Part shown: positions 17,204 to 26,602 of the stretch, in pieces
Numbering within the stretch: the first letter of the stretch is position 1
Layout of the letters: each line of letters begins with the position of its first letter
IMG/VR virus record: IMGVR_UViG_3300042013_000065
Strand: one strand, 5' to 3'
Length of the DNA stretch: 64,000 nt
Source: a virus
Made by a program: the position numbers and the translations under genes
The notes under the pieces: model-generated
The model's input: only the letters and a program-made list of their open reading frames with translations
Told to the model about the DNA's origin: nothing
The model's database searches: none

Positions 17204-17503
17204 TTAGGCTTCTGGTTCGTCAGTAGGGCCGGTGTCGTCATCGTCGTCATCGTCGGTTTCATGGAAAGCCGCGTCGGTGAAATGACCGTTTTCGAAAATC
17301 AGGTAATCACCGAAACCGATGAACTGGTCAGCGTCGAGTTGAACAGTTTGCAGAATGTCACCAGCGAAATACATCGCGGTAATGGTCGTGGTTTCTTCGT
17401 CGTCGCTGCCTTCTGCTGGAGTGTATTCGTACACGTCGGTAACGGTCATTGCGATTGCAGTGTTCTTCAGTGCAGTCAGGGAACCGATCAGATAATGTTT
17501 CAT
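17204..17503 (-). CDS. Highly acidic hypothetical protein
   Basis: 99 aa with DDDDDDD tract; AGGAG RBS. Confidence 0.8.
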   Translation of the reverse strand: MKHYLIGSLTALKNTAIAMTVTDVYEYTPAEGSDDEETTTITAMYFAGDILQTVQLDADQFIGFGDYLIFENGHFTDAAFHETDDDDDDDTGPTDEPEA

Positions 17504-17513
17504 GATTTCTCCT

Positions 17514-18995
17514 TTAGCGCTTAGCGCGTTTGTTACGGTTTTTGGTTTTTACTTTCTTTTGCTTCTTGCGTGCGTCTTGCGCATTCATTGCCGCAACGTA
17601 CGCAGGGGAAACGGTCGCGAGACTGCCGGATTCCTTACGCATTTCGGTAAGAAGTTCAGCAGTTTCATGGTGTTGCATTTGACGCGTTTGTTTATCGGTG
17701 ATTCGTGCAACGTCGTAGGCGCAGATGCTGTGCGTACTCAGCACAAACATGTTGCCGTCGAGGTCTTTACGCGTAACGGTTTGTACAGCATTGTCTTCAC
17801 GCAACGACACGTCGTAAGCGGTGATGATTTGACTGCCTTTCGGAGTGTTCACGGCGAACGGTGGTTTCTGACCTGAAAATTTACCAATGCCTACTTCGGC
17901 GGCGTATTTGAACAAGTCGATAACACGTGCATGGTTTTCACGTTTGGTTTCGCCTGCAACCAGCTTGCCGTCGATCAACGTAATCGGTTCAGGTTCAACA
18001 TCGTGATCATCACGCAATTGCAGAATGTGTTTCGCGTAACCGGCTGCGTATTCGTGGTCGATGTTCTGCGAGCTTCCGCCCTGCCAACTGATACCCATGT
18101 CGGAAAGCTTTGCAGAAATGTGATTCAGGTCGAGCAAAATATCGACGTTCAAGTCACCAGTTTCAACAACGTCAGGCGGGTTATTGCTTTCGTCGCAAAT
18201 CACTTGGAACGTTGCGGCACCGGATTTGGTTTCGTACAAACCTTTAGCCGTTTTGATTTCAACACCAGATTGCTCAGCAGCGAAAGCAGCGCGGCGTTCC
18301 TCAATATCGTTTGGGTATGCAGTTGCGGTAATTCCCGAAGCACCGGATAACACACCGGGACGAATACCTTCTTCAAGATATTTGTTAAGTGCTTCCAGAC
18401 CGAATGCTATTTGATCATCTTCAAGTTGCATGAGCATTTCGGTTGTGCGGCTGCGCGTCATTCCTCGGCCCAAACTCTCAGGAACTTCACCGGTCGATTT
18501 CATGATTTCCAAATCGGCTGGGTGCATTTCCCGTACAGCTTCTTGCAAGGCAGCTACTTCGGTATCGTGTGCAGTTACGCCGAGGGGAATTTCAGAACGT
18601 TTCAGCGATGGGTGATACACGAAGGATGGCATCATCGCCATGCGCGAATAAATGAGCATTTCGTCAATGCCTTTGCGCGTAGCGTTTTCACCGGCCAGCC
18701 ATTTCAGAAGCATGACGCCGGATACGTATTCGATTCCGAGCAGCGCGATATAGCGATCATTTGCAAACTTCAGAAATTCGCTGTCTACGTCGTTGATCGA
18801 AACGTCTGTTTTTACGCTGCCATCAAACGGCCAATTGCTTTCAGGGAATTCAGTGCGGCCAACGAGGTTGTATCCGTGCTGCGTTCCGTGCATCAAAAGG
18901 TCGCGATATTCTTCGTCGTTAAGCTTGCCCGTAGGATCGAGAAAACTACGAAGATTTTGCAGGCGTTGAATTTGTTCCGGTGTGGTGTTCATCAC
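17514..18995 (-). CDS. Hypothetical protein with basic C-terminal tail
   Basis: 493-aa ORF ending ARKKQKKVKTKNRNKRAKR. Confidence 0.85.
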   Translation of the reverse strand: MMNTTPEQIQRLQNLRSFLDPTGKLNDEEYRDLLMHGTQHGYNLVGRTEFPESNWPFDGSVKTDVSINDVDSEFLKFANDRYIALLGIEYVSGVMLLKWLAGENATRKGIDEMLIYSRMAMMPSFVYHPSLKRSEIPLGVTAHDTEVAALQEAVREMHPADLEIMKSTGEVPESLGRGMTRSRTTEMLMQLEDDQIAFGLEALNKYLEEGIRPGVLSGASGITATAYPNDIEERRAAFAAEQSGVEIKTAKGLYETKSGAATFQVICDESNNPPDVVETGDLNVDILLDLNHISAKLSDMGISWQGGSSQNIDHEYAAGYAKHILQLRDDHDVEPEPITLIDGKLVAGETKRENHARVIDLFKYAAEVGIGKFSGQKPPFAVNTPKGSQIITAYDVSLREDNAVQTVTRKDLDGNMFVLSTHSICAYDVARITDKQTRQMQHHETAELLTEMRKESGSLATVSPAYVAAMNAQDARKKQKKVKTKNRNKRAKR

Positions 18996-19318
18996 ATTTC
19001 CCCGTAAAGGTCGAGCATGTGCCGATAGCCGCCGTCTGGCTGTTTCTTGCGGCGCTGATTAAGCACAGTTAATTCAAGCGTAAAACCATCACCTTCAATG
19101 ATTACGTCATCGTCGGTGTAGTCCATATTTTGCATGGGCGTGTAGATATAAACTTTCATATCCAACGTACGTTTTTTCTTGTCCGCTGCCGTGAACGATT
19201 TCAGCGTAGCTTGGTACTCGCCGTTTTCGTGGAACAGACGCAGAACACTTGGGTTTTTCCCGGTGTCGAGCGCCATTAATTTCGGCAACAGCATCATGAA
19301 AGCTTGACTCTTTTTCAT
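18992..19318 (-). CDS. Hypothetical protein
   Basis: 108-aa ORF. Confidence 0.75.
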   Translation of the reverse strand: MKKSQAFMMLLPKLMALDTGKNPSVLRLFHENGEYQATLKSFTAADKKKRTLDMKVYIYTPMQNMDYTDDDVIIEGDGFTLELTVLNQRRKKQPDGGYRHMLDLYGEM

Positions 19319-19887
19319 TTCGACAATGCTCGGAATAATGCTGCACTTCCCAACGTCTCATAGACGTACGCAAGGTTTTGGCGGCGTTCGAATTCAGCCA
19401 GAATTTTATCCAGATGCAACGGCGCCATGTCTGTGTTTTCGAGACTCACATTCAGATAGCGACGATCTTTTACAAGCGTTCCGTGCAAGTGTCCGTGAAT
19501 GTTCCGCTTGCCGCGCAGATGGTCAGGGTGCAACGGTGCATGCGACAGCCAAGCCGTTTTGTATTTCATCAAACCATGAACAGCCTTTACAGTTTTCAGA
19601 CTGCTAATGTACTTGGCGTCAGCGTATTCTGTGCAGTGATTTCCAAGGATGATGGTTTTGTGTCCGGGCCAACTGTCGAGGCGTTCCCATCCTTCTCGGC
19701 TGAATGCGATGTCGCCCAAAATGTAGATCGTGTCCTGCTTTTCGACAATTGGGCTTTTAGCTTTCTTTGTGATGGTTTCAAGCCAGCGTTTCTCTACGAA
19801 GTCATCGTGTGCCGCTGTTGTATCGAAGCCACGATAAATATGGATTTGTTTGTGACCCAAATGCAGGTCGGCACACATGTACGTCAT
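19315..19887 (-). CDS. Calcineurin-like metallophosphoesterase
   Basis: DLHLGH, LGD, GNH, SHAP, HGHLH motifs. Confidence 0.9.
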   Translation of the reverse strand: MTYMCADLHLGHKQIHIYRGFDTTAAHDDFVEKRWLETITKKAKSPIVEKQDTIYILGDIAFSREGWERLDSWPGHKTIILGNHCTEYADAKYISSLKTVKAVHGLMKYKTAWLSHAPLHPDHLRGKRNIHGHLHGTLVKDRRYLNVSLENTDMAPLHLDKILAEFERRQNLAYVYETLGSAALFRALSK

Positions 19888-20243
19888 GGCAGTTCCAGCT
19901 CAAATTCGTACGTTGCTGTCAGCGCTGCAAAACCTTCGGCGTCGAAATGTAGATCGAGCGGCATTTCTTTTCCGGGGAACTTGAACACAACTTGTGGATC
20001 TTTTTCGATGTACGCATAGCAGTTGCGATCTTCGTACAGGTCGTGTACGTCTTTGAATTTCAGTTCGCCCGACTGCAACCGAATAGACAACTTACGCACG
20101 CGGCCTTCGTGAACGGTTACGCTGTCACACAAGGCTTCAATCGTTTCATCACGGGTCTGAATGATTGCCAAAACACGTTGCTGTTTCGCAAAGCTTTCAC
20201 GCAGACGTGCAACAAGTTTTTCGATGCGTGCTTTATCGTCCAT
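19884..20243 (-). CDS. Coiled-coil hypothetical protein
   Basis: Start at MDDKAR with AAGGA RBS. Confidence 0.75.
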   Translation of the reverse strand: MDDKARIEKLVARLRESFAKQQRVLAIIQTRDETIEALCDSVTVHEGRVRKLSIRLQSGELKFKDVHDLYEDRNCYAYIEKDPQVVFKFPGKEMPLDLHFDAEGFAALTATYEFELELP

Positions 20244-20703
20244 TTCCTTTCTCCGTAATTGCAGCAATTTCAGCGCCGATGTCGCCGAAACCGAGGGTGT
20301 GGAAACTGAACAAGGCCGTTGCATCAACGTTGATCGAAACCAAATCGCCTTGCAGCTCTGCTTCCTGTTGATACATGTAGATACGGAAATCAGTATTGTA
20401 GAACTGTTTCGATCCATCGGCCAACAGCGTGACATTGCGCGGCTGTTCCGTGCTTTTCAGAATACCGTTCCACGTTTTCTCTTTGATGATAACCGTGGTG
20501 CCAAAAGAAATGGCCCAAACTTCACGTCCGGCTTCGTCATCTTCCATACGCAGAAAACCAACGCGATAAATCGGAATGCTTACGCGATTGCCTTGGAATT
20601 TAGCAGGCACAGGGCTATACGGTTTCTGTCCCGCCACGCATTTGTTTGACAGGTACGTGGCTATATTTAGGAACGCAGAATCACTCGTTACGTATTCGCT
20701 CAT
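20233..20703 (-). CDS. Hypothetical protein
   Basis: Start at MSEYVT (ATGA overlap with upstream stop). Confidence 0.75.
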   Translation of the reverse strand: MSEYVTSDSAFLNIATYLSNKCVAGQKPYSPVPAKFQGNRVSIPIYRVGFLRMEDDEAGREVWAISFGTTVIIKEKTWNGILKSTEQPRNVTLLADGSKQFYNTDFRIYMYQQEAELQGDLVSINVDATALFSFHTLGFGDIGAEIAAITEKGNGR

Positions 20704-21086
20704 AACCACTCCGCAACCAGTTGAACCTCTACCGGAATTTTTGTTGTTTCCGCGAATTCGAATTCGTCCACGCCCATGACCACAAGCTTCTGATTGTGTG
20801 GCGCATAGCAGTGCATTTCGATCAGTTGGCCTGCGCGTTCGGTAGCCGACTCGATGAAATCTTTTGCGGTCTGTTCCGAAGCAGTCAGCTCCATACGAAT
20901 TACCAGAAGCGTGCAACGCTGGTCTTCGATTTCATGCAGTTTGTACGCCTGCACCAGACCAACAAACGGATAAGCAAGAATGCTCAATTGCACGGGCGCC
21001 CGCTGTGCTGCACTCAGCATGAACGGTGCGAACTTCGACGACACTTCAGGCAGTTGCAAACTAGGGAACGGTTTGGTCATGTTCAT
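20700..21086 (-). CDS. Hypothetical protein
   Basis: 128-aa ORF. Confidence 0.75.
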   Translation of the reverse strand: MNMTKPFPSLQLPEVSSKFAPFMLSAAQRAPVQLSILAYPFVGLVQAYKLHEIEDQRCTLLVIRMELTASEQTAKDFIESATERAGQLIEMHCYAPHNQKLVVMGVDEFEFAETTKIPVEVQLVAEWL

Positions 21087-21090
21087 TGTG

Positions 21091-21492
21091 TTATCCCATG
21101 AAACGTTTCAGAATTTTTTGACTGAGTTTACTGAGGCGGCGAGCGCTGTTATGTGCACGGATACGCACACTGACATGGGCACCGTTTTCGAAATGATCAT
21201 TACGCGGCACTGTTTCAATCCATACAACTTCGAAAGGAAACTCGCCGAAATCCATCACCACTTTCATTTCACCGGACTGCATGCGTTCCAGTTCATCGGT
21301 GGTGTACGCGTTGATATTCAATTCGATCAAAACGTCTGTGTTGTCTTTCGCGAATTGCACGTTGGTCAGATACGCACCGATGTAAAGTTCGCCAATCTGA
21401 ATCAACGTAGGGTATTGGTCGGCCATGAAATTGCGCCACACGTAGCGCTTCATACGTTCGAATTTGATTGGGTTTACATAAACTGGTTTCAT
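21091..21492 (-). CDS. Hypothetical protein
   Basis: 133-aa ORF, first gene after terminator and AAACTGTAAA motif. Confidence 0.8.
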   Translation of the reverse strand: MKPVYVNPIKFERMKRYVWRNFMADQYPTLIQIGELYIGAYLTNVQFAKDNTDVLIELNINAYTTDELERMQSGEMKVVMDFGEFPFEVVWIETVPRNDHFENGAHVSVRIRAHNSARRLSKLSQKILKRFMG

Positions 21493-21521
21493 CAACTTGC
21501 CCTGTATGTGTATGGCTCTTC

Positions 21522-21531
21522 TTTACAGTTT
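21522..21531 (-). promoter_or_regulatory. Candidate phage promoter motif AAACTGTAAA
   Basis: Intergenic, just downstream of a terminator, about 30 nt before ATG; same arrangement at 26146-26155. Confidence 0.5.
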
Positions 21532-21543
21532 TCAGCACCAACG

Positions 21544-21580
21544 AAAAAGCCCCCGAAAGCGTTAGCTAACGAGGGCCTTT
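21544..21580 (-). terminator. Intrinsic terminator
   Basis: GCCCTCG...CGGGGGC then TTTTT. Confidence 0.75.
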
Positions 21581-21581
21581 G

Positions 21582-22370
21582 TTATGCGTACAGCAATGCG
21601 GTTATGTCTTTATCGACAGAGTAATACTCGGTGTAATCAAAGTAATTGCTGGTGGTGTAAATCGTTGGGCCACCTGCTACGGCTTTGTTCACAACGTGAG
21701 TCAGTGGTACAGGCATGTCGGAGAAAACGAATGTCCATTTGTTGTTGCGACGAACCATAATCAGCGGTTCATCCACATTCATTTTACACGTACCGACTAC
21801 AACACCGTTTGCATCCACGAAGAACGAGAAAATATCTAGTCCGTCGAGGGTACTGGTGCCTTCTGATACAAGATTTTGTGCGGTGGTTCCAACCAATGTT
21901 TCCAGTGTTTCACCGACAAGGCTTGCGACAAAAAGTTTAGCGTTGTACGCAACTTTCAATTTGCCGCTCGATACTTTCTTACTTGTCCACGTTGGGCCAA
22001 CCCAAAGGTCGCCGTCCGTAGTTGCAAATATTGGAACACCGTTTGCGTCCACACCGTTTGTGAAAACTTGTGCGCTCGCTTGAACCAGTGTCCAAACATC
22101 CGCGTCGAGTGCGTAGATACCTTCGCCATCAACCGCTACGTAGAATTTACCAGCAGAGAAAATTGCAGCTTTGCACTCACCAAAACCAAATGGCATTTCT
22201 ACCCAAGTGGCTTTGTCTGTGGAAGAAAAAACAGAACCCGAACCTTCGCCGCCTACAGCCAACCAACGGCCTGCACCTGCGACGATATCTCTTATGGCCG
22301 TAGCCGGAGACATTTGATCAAAACTCCCTTGAGACGACTGTACAATTAAACCGTCAGACGTACCGACCAA
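21582..22370 (-). CDS. Beta-propeller-like (BNR/Ycf48-type repeats) protein; start uncertain, possibly a frameshift extension of 22394-23314
   Basis: Repeated WLAVG..G.VFSSTD..TW / FYVAVDG / IFATTDG..W blades; no ATG until 22313. Confidence 0.65.
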   Translation of the reverse strand: MVGTSDGLIVQSSQGSFDQMSPATAIRDIVAGAGRWLAVGGEGSGSVFSSTDKATWVEMPFGFGECKAAIFSAGKFYVAVDGEGIYALDADVWTLVQASAQVFTNGVDANGVPIFATTDGDLWVGPTWTSKKVSSGKLKVAYNAKLFVASLVGETLETLVGTTAQNLVSEGTSTLDGLDIFSFFVDANGVVVGTCKMNVDEPLIMVRRNNKWTFVFSDMPVPLTHVVNKAVAGGPTIYTTSNYFDYTEYYSVDKDITALLYA

Positions 22371-22393
22371 AAAGGTTTTTCGAGGAACGGGCG

Positions 22394-23314
22394 TTACTTC
22401 TTTTTTGTAATCGTTGCCAGCACTTCAACCGATACAGGCTCGCTGCCGCCATGCTTCGGTGTGGCTTCCAGACGCAGCGTGAAATTCCCAAGTGGTGCGC
22501 CAGCTTCGTTACGCTGCACATAACTCGGAATATATTTGCTGATAAACTGGAACGAATATTTCTGAATCATCTGCGTGACGGTCAGGTCTTCGTTCGTGGT
22601 GCCATCGACGACTACAGGTTCCACGCCTTTATACCAGACGTAGTTTTTAACCGGGTTGCCGTTGATATAACCTTCGACAAATTTCAGTTCGAAAACGAGA
22701 TTGGTGGTCTGGCCTTCGTACGAATTCAGGTCGAGGAAAAGTTTGACGTTGTACATGTCCGTGATGTTTGGAACATCAGCATTCATCGAACCAACGCTAA
22801 CAACGAAATTCCAGTTTTCGTTTTCTTCGACTGGAATCACAAAGCGGCCTGTGCCACTGTTGTAATTCGTCAGGTCTTGCGCTTTACGCACAGCCAAAGC
22901 CAGTTCAATGTTGGCGTTTGTACCAACCATCATACCGGTTGCCGGGTTGCCTGTACCGACCAGCAAATCACCACCATTTGCGAACGTAGTCGCTGCACTT
23001 GGATTGGTGGTCAGTGGTGGATAAGTCAATTCTGCAATTGGCCCCGTTGGATCTTCAGGCGCGAGTGCAATCAGAATGTGATTGAGATACAGCGAAATGA
23101 TATTGCCTTCGGTATCTGCGGTAATGGAGTTGTAAACCATCGTGGAACTATCGCCGTAGTATTTCGACACGGTTGTGCGGAAACTATGGTCGTTAATGAT
23201 GGTATCCATTTCTTCGCGTGTAACAAAAACAGCACGCACATCAGGCGGCTCGCCTGCATCACGAACAAGCGCGACGATTTCCGCCAGCTTACCCGTATAT
23301 TTTAGAATTTCCAT
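22394..23314 (-). CDS. Probable virion structural protein
   Basis: 306 aa, beta-rich; preceded by GTAATTTA motif; ends ACA AAA AAG AAG TAA. Confidence 0.7.
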   Translation of the reverse strand: MEILKYTGKLAEIVALVRDAGEPPDVRAVFVTREEMDTIINDHSFRTTVSKYYGDSSTMVYNSITADTEGNIISLYLNHILIALAPEDPTGPIAELTYPPLTTNPSAATTFANGGDLLVGTGNPATGMMVGTNANIELALAVRKAQDLTNYNSGTGRFVIPVEENENWNFVVSVGSMNADVPNITDMYNVKLFLDLNSYEGQTTNLVFELKFVEGYINGNPVKNYVWYKGVEPVVVDGTTNEDLTVTQMIQKYSFQFISKYIPSYVQRNEAGAPLGNFTLRLEATPKHGGSEPVSVEVLATITKKK

Positions 23315-23370
23315 GGTGTTTCCTTGGTGTAGGGGCTGGGGAACCCGTTAATACTTTCCCTTGTATTAAA

Positions 23371-23718
23371 TTACGACTTCGTTGTCATTGCATTGAATAT
23401 GTTTGCTATTCGTTCTTCCGTTGCAGCGATGTCTTCTGGTGTTTCACCGTGGAATTCCATAACGGGATTTCCGCATTTGGTACAGAATCGAATAGGGAAT
23501 GCAAAACCGGGATGCGGAATTGCTTGGCGACTTTCATTAAAGCTATCAATGCTGCGTTGCCACGCGTCAATATTTGCTTGCCATTCATCCATCGGTATTT
23601 CATGAGTACCGATCAAACCAACAATACATTTATTTGGTTCGCAAGGCTTACGCAAACCCTCTTTTACCCAACGGCGAATCGTGCCATTGTAAGGTGCATC
23701 TGGCGCGAACTTACTCAT
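23371..23718 (-). CDS. Hypothetical protein with CxxC motif
   Basis: IRFCTKCG. Confidence 0.75.
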   Translation of the reverse strand: MSKFAPDAPYNGTIRRWVKEGLRKPCEPNKCIVGLIGTHEIPMDEWQANIDAWQRSIDSFNESRQAIPHPGFAFPIRFCTKCGNPVMEFHGETPEDIAATEERIANIFNAMTTKS

Positions 23719-23727
23719 TTGTTTTCC

Positions 23728-24057
23728 TTATTGGTGTGGTGGATACCAGCCTTGCACAATTTCGTTGAAAGCTTTGTAACTTTCCCGTTCCAATCGCCAG
23801 ACATGCTCAACAGCGCCTTGCTGTTCTTCCGTCAACGTTTTGAAACGTTTATCACAGTCGCGCATACGTTGTGCGTACTCACGCAAAAGCGAAACGGCTT
23901 CTGCCATACTTTTGCACGGCGCGACTTCAGGAAAACGCAAACGAATAACGTGGCCTACCGACGTTGCACAATGAATAATGTTTTCTTTCTGCCAAAGGTA
24001 AATCGCCAAGTCCTTCAGATATTCATTTGCTTGATGCAATGACGTAATCTTTTTCAT
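23728..24057 (-). CDS. Hypothetical protein
   Basis: 109-aa ORF. Confidence 0.75.
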   Translation of the reverse strand: MKKITSLHQANEYLKDLAIYLWQKENIIHCATSVGHVIRLRFPEVAPCKSMAEAVSLLREYAQRMRDCDKRFKTLTEEQQGAVEHVWRLERESYKAFNEIVQGWYPPHQ

Positions 24058-24058
24058 A

Positions 24059-24493
24059 TCAGTGGCTCATTACCCAAGTGTACAAACGTTCATACCATTT
24101 CGTCCGCGATTTACGGATGGCCACCACAACCTTACTTGCTTCAGCTTCGTACTGTGCAAGAATATTTTGCAGATTCAGTTCACGAACGATTGACTGAAAC
24201 TCTTCTGCGAATTTCGGATCGTTGTCTGCTTTGCGGCACGCTTCTTTTGCAAGAGCTTCGTTGTGAATGTGGCACTGTAGTTCAACGATTGTGTTCCGCT
24301 GATTACGCAACGTATCCAGTGCTTCTTTCAAGCTTTTAGCATGGCCACAACCCACGCGGTCGCGAGGTTCCATGTCTCTGTCGTGTTGAATTCTATGCAG
24401 TGTATTTTTCAATTCGTTTATGCGACGTTGAGCTGCGGAATTCAGCTTGTTCATTTCTTCAAGCGACAGCATTTGACCTTCACCGAAATTCAT
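24059..24493 (-). CDS. Coiled-coil hypothetical protein
   Basis: 144-aa ORF. Confidence 0.75.
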   Translation of the reverse strand: MNFGEGQMLSLEEMNKLNSAAQRRINELKNTLHRIQHDRDMEPRDRVGCGHAKSLKEALDTLRNQRNTIVELQCHIHNEALAKEACRKADNDPKFAEEFQSIVRELNLQNILAQYEAEASKVVVAIRKSRTKWYERLYTWVMSH

Positions 24494-25116
24494 TAGTGTA
24501 TATCCTCAGAATACAGACGACCGGGCGTTGAATGCTTCAAACGAATGACGTTGATTTGACCTGAAGCTAACGCAACTTCGTATGCTTCTTCCCGTGTCAT
24601 GAAAACATCGTACTGGTCAATGAAACCTTCTTCGGCGCGACCCAATTTATCAGCCTCAAGCAAACGGTCTTCTTTCACGGCTTCCAACTGCGACCACATT
24701 GCAGGGCCACCGTGGCGCGTGCCCACACAAATCAAGTCACCATAACGGTTTGCAGCAGCAATTACACGGCGACCGGGAATGCGTACGCTGGAATCGCCAT
24801 CACATGCTGTGTAGTCAAGTCCGTTACGTTTTGCAAAAGCTTTCAGCGATGCGCTGGCGTAGTTATCCATTGCCTCGGCGTCGGTGGTGTTTTCGTCATG
24901 AGGCACCATGAATTCTTTACGTTCTTCGTGAGTCGTCGGCTTGTCAAACCCACCCTCAATAAAACGCACGCAATCGGCCAGTGTATCAAACCAAGTGACC
25001 GGCACGGGACAACGAATGTGCGCGCCGGGGAACATGTCTTGCAAAAGGCTTTCTTGCTTCTTGGTATGTTTAGCCAACAGCAGACGAACGATTTTATTTG
25101 CGGTATATCTGTTCAA
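24493..25116 (-). CDS. Conserved phage-type hypothetical protein
   Basis: TTG start overlapping upstream TGA; C-terminal EEGFIDQYDVFMTREEA...GQI...LYSEDI motif. Confidence 0.7.
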   Translation of the reverse strand: MNRYTANKIVRLLLAKHTKKQESLLQDMFPGAHIRCPVPVTWFDTLADCVRFIEGGFDKPTTHEERKEFMVPHDENTTDAEAMDNYASASLKAFAKRNGLDYTACDGDSSVRIPGRRVIAAANRYGDLICVGTRHGGPAMWSQLEAVKEDRLLEADKLGRAEEGFIDQYDVFMTREEAYEVALASGQINVIRLKHSTPGRLYSEDIH

Positions 25117-25361
25117 CGGAAAATTCCTACGGCAAGGGTTTTGAAAGTGTCGCGGACAAGACAGTATGCGCAGCCGCAAATGCCTGCTACGGCCATTACG
25201 CCTAACGTCCACTGCGCGATTGCGTGTTTATGTAGACCGCTTTCCCATTCCCACATTGCTTTCAAGTGCACGATGTAACCGAACAGCAGCGAGGCGCTTG
25301 CCAGTAACAAAGCGAAAACGAATACCACTGCAAGAATCAATATGTAGAATTTGCTTTTCAT
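25113..25361 (-). CDS. Small 2-TM membrane protein
   Basis: Two hydrophobic helices. Confidence 0.75.
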   Translation of the reverse strand: MKSKFYILILAVVFVFALLLASASLLFGYIVHLKAMWEWESGLHKHAIAQWTLGVMAVAGICGCAYCLVRDTFKTLAVGIFR

Positions 25362-25657
25362 TCTTTTCCCAATTGCTGCGAAAGAGTTTTTGTCAGGGAT
25401 TTCCAGATGCTTCGACAGGATTCAATACCACCGAACGCAAGCGCTCCCAAGAAAATAGTAATCGGTATAATGCGAATCAGAATTGCAGCGCCGGTCACGC
25501 TGGCGTCATATAGGCCCATGGTGAAAGCGCTACGAATAACGCTAACAACTATTGCCACGACTGCCAGCAGCGCACCAACTGTTGCACCGACTGCCATTAA
25601 GGTTGCTGTTGCCAAAACAAAGAAAGCTGCATACATGCACGCACGCGGAATATTCAC
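25358..25657 (-). CDS. Small multi-TM membrane protein
   Basis: Largely hydrophobic, basic C-terminus. Confidence 0.75.
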   Translation of the reverse strand: MNIPRACMYAAFFVLATATLMAVGATVGALLAVVAIVVSVIRSAFTMGLYDASVTGAAILIRIIPITIFLGALAFGGIESCRSIWKSLTKTLSQQLGKE

Positions 25658-25670
25658 GGTTATTTTTCTC

Positions 25671-26117
25671 TTATAGTTCTAATGCGCGCAGTGTCGGACG
25701 TGCATTCATTTGGAGGTTGCTTGCATCTATCGTCATTTCGTAATCGGTCAGATAGAATTCAACACCCAAGAAATTTATTGCTGCCGCATCCATCGCCATT
25801 TGTGTGTTGTTGTAGTTAAGGCATTTCGTGAGTTCGCGTGCAGCTTCGGCCAGACTTTTGAACACAGCGTATGGGTCAATAGGCATACGCATGCCGTGCA
25901 CGATACCGAAAGCCGTCACGTCAAAAGAAATCTCGCAAAAGGAAATGCGATTTGGGTAGTAAATATTATGGCGCAGTATGGGCGACGGGTTTAACATTGC
26001 CCGAATTTCTTGAATGTTTCGTACGCTCATATCAACGTCGTGACCAAACAGCGTGGTCTGCACTTTGAACGTGTCGTCCATTGAAATTCTATGGTACAGC
26101 TCAAGCACATCAGTCAT
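25671..26117 (-). CDS. Hypothetical protein
   Basis: Start at MTDVLE with AAGGGGG RBS. Confidence 0.75.
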   Translation of the reverse strand: MTDVLELYHRISMDDTFKVQTTLFGHDVDMSVRNIQEIRAMLNPSPILRHNIYYPNRISFCEISFDVTAFGIVHGMRMPIDPYAVFKSLAEAARELTKCLNYNNTQMAMDAAAINFLGVEFYLTDYEMTIDASNLQMNARPTLRALEL

Positions 26118-26145
26118 ATGTAATTCCCCCTTTATGTATGGTTCA

Positions 26146-26155
26146 TTTACAGTTT
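26146..26155 (-). promoter_or_regulatory. Candidate phage promoter motif AAACTGTAAA
   Basis: Downstream of terminator; followed by CCATACA as at 21522. Confidence 0.5.
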
Positions 26156-26167
26156 GGCCCACATATG

Positions 26168-26202
26168 AAAAAAGGGACGCCACGGTTAAATGGAGTCCCT
26201 TT
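26168..26202 (-). terminator. Intrinsic terminator
   Basis: AAAGGGAC...GTCCCTTT then TTT. Confidence 0.8.
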
Positions 26203-26205
26203 CTT

Positions 26206-26595
26206 TTACTGCTTGTTCAATGCGATTGCGTAGGCGCGAACCAGTCCGTACATCAGGTAACGCAGAGGCACAGGCACTTTCAAAACGCCCATTGCTTCCA
26301 AGAAAATTGCATCACCTTCAGCACGTGTGCACGTCTCGACAATGTTGCCATTCATGATGCGTTTGTTTTTGCACAAATCATCGTGCGTCACAGCAGCTTT
26401 ACCGTACTTCCCATTTGGTGGCAGCAGCCAACGGAAAGGCCACGTGCTAGCCAAGTCGGTCACGAAACCAACTTCAGTTTCTACGCGGCGCTGCGAATTA
26501 ACGTCGCCAATTCTGTAGACAAAACGTTCGTAGATTTTATACGAGACGCCATCGTCCAGAAGTTCACAAATCAGGGGTGTGGTAAAGCTGCTCAT
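26206..26595 (-). CDS. DUF1353-family protein
   Basis: GFVTDLAS.WPF..LLPP.GKYGKAAVTHD.L...AD.IF.EAM..L.V...MY..VR pattern. Confidence 0.75.
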   Translation of the reverse strand: MSSFTTPLICELLDDGVSYKIYERFVYRIGDVNSQRRVETEVGFVTDLASTWPFRWLLPPNGKYGKAAVTHDDLCKNKRIMNGNIVETCTRAEGDAIFLEAMGVLKVPVPLRYLMYGLVRAYAIALNKQ

Positions 26596-26602
26596 TTTTT
26601 CC

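Noticed and set aside
17514-18995. Possible ParB/Srx motif (PITLIDGKLVAGE) in the 493-aa protein
   Set aside because: The conserved GxxR is missing and the match is too short to assign.
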